Below, piece by piece: positions 33,723 through 39,253 of a stretch of 39,253 nt of DNA; the stretch's first letter is position 1, and each line of letters starts with the position of its first letter. Location of the stretch: contig NIVC01004653.1 of the NCBI GenBank assembly GCA_002269645.1, positions 1 to 39,253 on the forward strand. Direction: 5' to 3'. The notes beneath the pieces were generated by a model. That model was not told the origin of the DNA, made no database searches, and saw only the letters and a list, made by a program, of their open reading frames with translations. Source of the stretch: Macrostomum lignano (lineage: Eukaryota). A program made the position numbers and the translations under genes.

Positions 33723-33843
33723 CTCCTGACCACAAGCCGCCTGAACTTTTGTCTCAAACCGCAGAAGCAAAGAGAAATTGCTTTTATTTGCTAAAAGAAA
33801 GCGATGATTCGGTGAGCAAAATTTCAGGTTGCAAGCAGTCAGA
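33723..33843 (+). ncRNA. mir-87: microRNA mir-87 family precursor
   Basis: 3p arm GUGAGCAAAAUUUCAGGUUGC (33812-33832; seed UGAGCAA; compare recalled miR-87 GUGAGCAAAGUUUCAGGUGUG and UUGAGCAAAAUUUCAGGUGUG). 5p arm CGCCUGAACUUUUGUCUCAAACC (33738-33760; compare recalled star CGCCUGAUACUUUCGUCUCAACC). The arms pair with 2-nt 3' overhangs; basal stem CUGAC 33726-33730 with GUCAG 33838-33842. Confidence 0.88.
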
Positions 33844-34050
33844 GCAAGCCAAGGTTGTATTAACCCCCGATCTGCATGCTTTTTTCTCTTTATGATCTCA
33901 CGCTGTTTAATTAACACTATGGGAGCTTGCTCTCAATACGTATTTTTCATGGCCAGGCAGGACTTTTCCAACTTCTTTCCTCACATCCTTCCATCACTAC
34001 TCTTATTTGTACTCTCTTGGTTCAATACTTGTTTTTCCCTCTCACATCAT

Positions 34051-34670
34051 TCTCTCATCTCGCCCTCTCATCTCACCCTCTCATCTCGCCCTCTAATCTC
34101 ACCCTCTCATCTCGCCCTCTCATCTCACCCTCTCATCTCACCCTCTCATCTCGCCCTCTCATCTCACCCTCTAATCTCGTTCTCTTATCTCGCCCTCTCA
34201 TCTCACCCTCTTATCTCACCCTCTCATCTCACCCTCTCATCTAGTTCTCTTATCTCGCCTCTCATCTCACCCTCTCATCTCACCCTCTCATCTCACCCTC
34301 TCATCTCACCCTCTCATCTAGTTCTCTTATCTCGCCCTCTCATCTCACCCTCTCATCTCGCCCTCTCATCTCACCCTCTCATCTCACCCTCTCATCTCGC
34401 TCTCTCTCATCTCACCCTCTCACTTCACCCTCTCATCTCGCCCTCTCATCTCGCCCTCTAATCTCGCCCTCTCATCTCACCCTCTCATCTCACCCTCTCA
34501 TCTCGCTCTCTCTCATCTCACCCTCTCACTTCACCCTCTCATCTCGCCCTCTCATCTCGCCCTCTAATCTCGCCCTCTCATCTCGCCCTCTAATCTCGCC
34601 CTCTCATCTCACCCTCTCATCTCATCCTCTCATCTCACTCTTTCATCACACCCTCTCATCTCACTCTTTT
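34051..34670. repeat. 13-bp minisatellite CTCTCATCTC(A/G)CC
   Basis: About 45 copies. Confidence 0.93.
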
Positions 34671-35399
34671 TTATATTATTCTTTCATCTCGTGCTCCCTC
34701 ATCTCACTGTCTCACCTCAGCTTCTTATCTCAGTTTCTCATACTACCCTCTCTTCTCACCATCTACTTTCCATCTCACCATGCTCTTGTTTTCTCTCTCC
34801 GCTCTCACCTATTATCCTTTGTCTTTGCCACCTTTCACTCAACAAAGTGACAGTAAACTCAACGCGTGCGAAAACTCGCCCAGATCCTCTGGAGCCAAGA
34901 AGGCTTGAAGCGGTCTGCAAGCCTCAGTAAATATTCCATCTGCATTGCTATCCCCCATCCTCTCTAGCCTTTCTATTTCTCAACTGGCTTCCCAGCCAGC
35001 CAGCCAGCCAGTTCCCACGCTGAATCCGCCCCCGGCAACCAACAGATGCTGGAGGCTTCATCTATTTGTTTCTCATTTCTGCGGTTAACAGCGGCAGCAG
35101 GGCCCGCATCCTCTGCAGCCTCCCTCCCTTACCCATCCACTTTCCCCATCTGAGAGGCGAACGGCGCACCTTCAGCGCGAGTCATCTGTGCCTTTCGTCC
35201 TAACCGGTGTTGCAACCTGGGGTGGCATTCCGCTTTATTGACTCTCTGGCAGCCCTGCCCAGAGTGCTTAGCGTCTCTTCCCTGCCCTCTGCTTCTTTTG
35301 TCACCACATGGAACAGGAACTCCTGACCGAATCAGCTCTTCCCGAATCCTCTTCTTTTTAGTCAGGCCAACATCCACATCAATACCAACTCGCAACCTC

Positions 35400-35930
35400 C
35401 ACCTCCTCTCTCCCCACTCTTCTCTTTTCTCTCCTCTCTCCTCTCATCTATCTCTCCTCTTTTCTCTCCTCTCTCCTCTCACCCCGTTTTCTCTCCTCTC
35501 TTTTCTCTCCTCTCTCCTCTCTCCCCCGTTTTCTCTCCTCTCTTTTATCTCCTCTCTCCTCTCTCCCCTGTTTTCTCTCCTCTCACCCCGTTTTCTCTCC
35601 TCTCTTTTCTCTCCTCTCTCCTCTCTCCCCCGTTTTCTCTCCTCTCTTTTATCTCCTCTCTCCTCTCACCCCCGTTTTCTCTCCTATCTTTTCTCTCCCC
35701 TCTCCTCCCTCCCCTGTTTTCTCTCCTCTCTCCCCTGTTTTCTCTCCTCTCTTCTCTCTCCTCTCTCCTCTCTCCCTTATGCTCTCTCCTCTCCCCCTCT
35801 TTTTCTCTCCCCTCTCCTCTCATCTATCTCTCGTCTTTTCTCTCTTATCTCCTCTCTTTTCTCTCTTATCTCCTCTCTTTTCTCTCGTCTCTCTTCTCTC
35901 CTCTTTCCTCTCTCTTCTAGTCTTTTTCAT
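35400..35930. repeat. CT-rich low-complexity / degenerate tandem repeat
   Basis: Pyrimidine-only runs with a recurrent CCCCGTTTTCTCTCCTCTC motif. Confidence 0.88.
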
Positions 35931-36457
35931 GTCTCATATGTAAATTCTCTCATCTCTTCTCCTAAATGTATCTTTCCTATTTCAACTTTCCCATCTTATT
36001 TCTCATTTCTCTCTCATGCGCACATTGTTAGTCTCTATTCAATCTTTATTTTCCTAAAAAAATTGTTAGTTTCCAAATGATTCTAATCAATAAGCCGAAA
36101 ACCATTGACTAGATCAAGTTTTCGGTGTGTATGAGCAATCCCTACTAAATAAAGATTAAAAACATGCAACTACATGTTAATTGAGCCATGTCAACAATGG
36201 ACTGCTACAAGCGTACACACTTACTCAAAGTCGTTATTGACGAATTAATCAACTGAATGATAGCATTAAAAATATTTGATTGAGCTGGATTAGCTACTGC
36301 AAGTAGCATGGTAGGTTGCAAGGGGAACAAGGGCGAAATGTACGAGTATTTGTTAGTTTCAGCAGATTTTTATTGCTTATCTTGGCAGAAACGGCTATTA
36401 AGGCCATCAAATAAGTATATCGGAACAATTAAGCTGAGATGAAGCTTGAAATTGAGT

Positions 36458-38792
36458 CTTGGCACCTCAGCAATTCCCTCTTGATCATTGGCACCTCAGC
36501 ATTCCCCCCATTGATCACTGGCACCTCAGCATTCCCCCATTGATCATTGGCACCTCAGCATTCCCCCATTGATCATTGGCACCTCAGCATTCCCCATGTA
36601 TTATTGGCACCTCAGCATTCCCCCATTGATCATTGGCACCTCAGCATTCCCCATTGATCATTGGCACCTCAGCATTCCCTCATTGATCATTGGCACCTCA
36701 GCATTCCCCCATGTATCATTGGCACCTCAGCATTCCCCATGTATCATTGGCACCTCAGCATTCCCCATGTATCATTGGCACCTCAGCATTCCCCCCCATT
36801 GATCATTGGCACCTCTGAATTCCCCCATGTATCATTGGCACCTCAGCATTCCCCATTGATCATTGGCACCTCAGAATTCCCTCTTGATCATTGGCACCTC
36901 AGCATTCCCTCTTGATCATTGGCACCTCAGCATTCCCCCATCCATGTATCATTGGCACCTCAGAATTCCCTCTTGATCATTGGCACCTCAGCATTCCCCA
37001 TTGATCACTGGCACCTCAGCATTCCCCATTGATCATTGGCACCTCAGTATTCCCTCTTGATCATTGGCACCTCAGCATTCCCCATTGATAATTGGCACCT
37101 CAGCATTCCCCATTGATCATTGGCACCTCAGCATTCCCTCTTGATCATTGGCACCTCAGCATTCCCCATTGATAATTGGCACCTCAGAATTCCCTCTTGA
37201 TCATTGGCACCTCAGCATTCCCTCTTGATCATTGGCACCTCAGCATTCCCCCCATGTATCATTGGCACCTCAGCATTCCCCCATGTATCATTGGCACTTC
37301 AGCATTCCCCCATGTATCATTGGCACCTCAGCATTCCCCCCATTGATCATTAGCACCTCAGTATTCCCCCATTGATCATTGGCACCTCTGAATTCCCCCA
37401 TGTATCATTGGCACCTCAGCATTCCCCATTGATCATTGGCACCTCAGCATTCCCCCATGTATTATTGGCACCTCAGCATTCCCCCCATGTATCATTGGCA
37501 CCTCAGCATTCCCCCATGTATCATTGGCACCTCAGCATTCCCCCATGTGTCATTGGCACCTCAGCATTCCCCCCATTGATCATTGGCACCTCAGTATTCC
37601 CCCATTGATCATTGGCACCTCTGAATTCCCCCATGTATCATTGGCACCTCAGCATTCCCCATTGATCATTGGCACCTCAGAATTCCCTCTTGATCATTGG
37701 CACCTCAGCATTCCCTCTTGATCATTGGCACCTCAGCATTCCCCCATCCATGTATCATTGGCACCTCAGAATTCCCTCTTGATCATTGGCACCTCAGCAT
37801 TCCCCATTGATCACTGGCACCTCAGCATTCCCCATTGATCATTGGCACCTCAGTATTCCCTCTTGATCATTGGCACCTCAGCATTCCCCATTGATAATTG
37901 GCACCTCAGAATTCCCTCTTGATCATTGGCACCTCAGCATTCCCTCTTGATCATTGGCACCTCAGCATTCCCCCCATGTATCATTGGCACCTCAGATTCC
38001 CCTTGATCATTGGCACCTCAGCATTCCCCATTGATCATGGCACCTCAGCATTCCCCATTGATCATTGGCACCTCAGTATTCCCTTGATCATTGGCACCTC
38101 AGCATTCCCCATTGATATTGGCACCTCAGCATTCCTCTTGATCATTGGCACCTCAGCATTCCTCTTGATCATTGGCACCTCAGCATTCCCCCCATGTATC
38201 ATTGGCACCTCAGCATTCCCCATGTATCATTGGCACCTCAGCATTCCCCCATGTATCATTGGCACCTCAGCATTCCCCCCATTATCATTGGCACCTCATT
38301 CCCCCATGTATCATTGGCACCTCAGCATTCCCCATTGATCATTGGCACCTCAGCATTCCCCATGTATTATTGGCACCTCAGCATTCCCCCATGTATCATT
38401 GGCACCTCAGATTCCCCATTGATCATTGGCACCTCAGCATTCCCCATGTATCATTGGCACCTCAGCATTCCCCCATTGATCATGGCACCTCAGATTCCCC
38501 TTGATCATTGGCACCTCAGCATTCCCCATTAATCATGGCACCTCAGATTCCCCCATTGATCATGGCACCTCAGCATTCCCCATTGATCACTGGCACCTCA
38601 GCATTCCCCATTGATCATTGGCACCTCAGCATTCCCCTTGATCATGGCACCTCAGCATTCCCATTGATCATGGCACCTCAGCATTCCCTTGATCATTGGC
38701 ACCTCAGCATTCCCCATTGATCACTGGCACCTCAGCATTCCCATTGATCATTGGCACCTCAGCATTCCCCCATTGATCACTGGCACCTCAGT
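36458..38792. repeat. ~27-30 bp minisatellite ATTGGCACCTCAGCATTCCCC(ATTGATC/ATGTATC/TCTTGATC), ~2.3 kb
   Basis: About 80 copies; variable C-run; block duplications (the CTCTGAATTC variant recurs near 36815, 37386 and 37620). Confidence 0.96.
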
Positions 38793-39253
38793 ATTTCTTC
38801 TTGAGTGCGTCTGAGAAGCCGAAGCAGTTATAGCTGTGTTATAATATCTAAACCAGCATGCAAAATCACGTGCAGTTTTGTAAGAAATTACGTGACTGAA
38901 AATGCATTCAAACATCAATTTCTGTAAGCAACACTATCGCAGACAAACTCGCCACTCTAATGACATTTGTATGCGCAAGCAAAGAATGTTGATTGCTACG
39001 CTTCATTTAGCAAGAGTTGAGTAGAGATCACAGCGCAGCTAGATTGGTGTAAAAATAGGCGTGCCATGGAGTGGCTTGCAGTAGCTTTCAAGCCAGACAA
39101 TGGCTGTCTTCATAAACTAGTTGAGCAGGTCTCACTCAATGCAATCTAGCAGTGCGGCTCTAGTGGCTTGCGCCAGCCTCTCACTTCTATTAAGCCATCT
39201 ATTTGGAAAGATGCTCTAAAAGCTTCATGCTGTTGAGAGGCTGCCGAGTAGCA

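Noticed and set aside
33841-33933. Second pre-miRNA adjacent to mir-87 (AGAGCAAGC / GCTTGCTCT stem)
   Set aside because: Only 9 bp pair well, the upper stem is poor, and neither arm matches a family I recognise.
36458-38792. CRISPR-like array (constant ~21-nt core plus variable segment)
   Set aside because: The variable parts are only 7-10 nt drawn from about three recurring variants, not unique spacers; no cas genes; eukaryotic context.

Overview
Animal (eukaryotic) genomic DNA, not prokaryotic. It has GT-AG introns, short exons and very dense minisatellites. A mir-87 gene implies a protostome, and the overall architecture resembles Macrostomum-type flatworm genomes (inference only). Contents: (1) the last two coding exons of a p90 RSK kinase gene on + (2-284, 1080-1349), with small indels near the window start. 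(2) A convergent, apparently complete 11-coding-exon plexin-domain-containing (PLXDC1/2, TEM7-like) receptor gene on - (15612 to 4071, about 500 aa), reconstructed by hand and mostly invisible in the ORF track. Five of its seven long introns each hold a different tandem repeat, and another holds a tRNA-derived CORE-type SINE. (3) About 22 kb with no recognisable protein-coding exon, made of 12 or more tandem arrays and short unique islands. One island holds a mir-87 hairpin with an unusually long loop (33723-33843), just downstream of a consensus 5' splice site and a palindromic RFX X-box. All long ORFs in the supplied track beyond the RSK and PLXDC exons are translations of tandem repeats. 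Protein and miRNA family comparisons are from memory; no database search was run.
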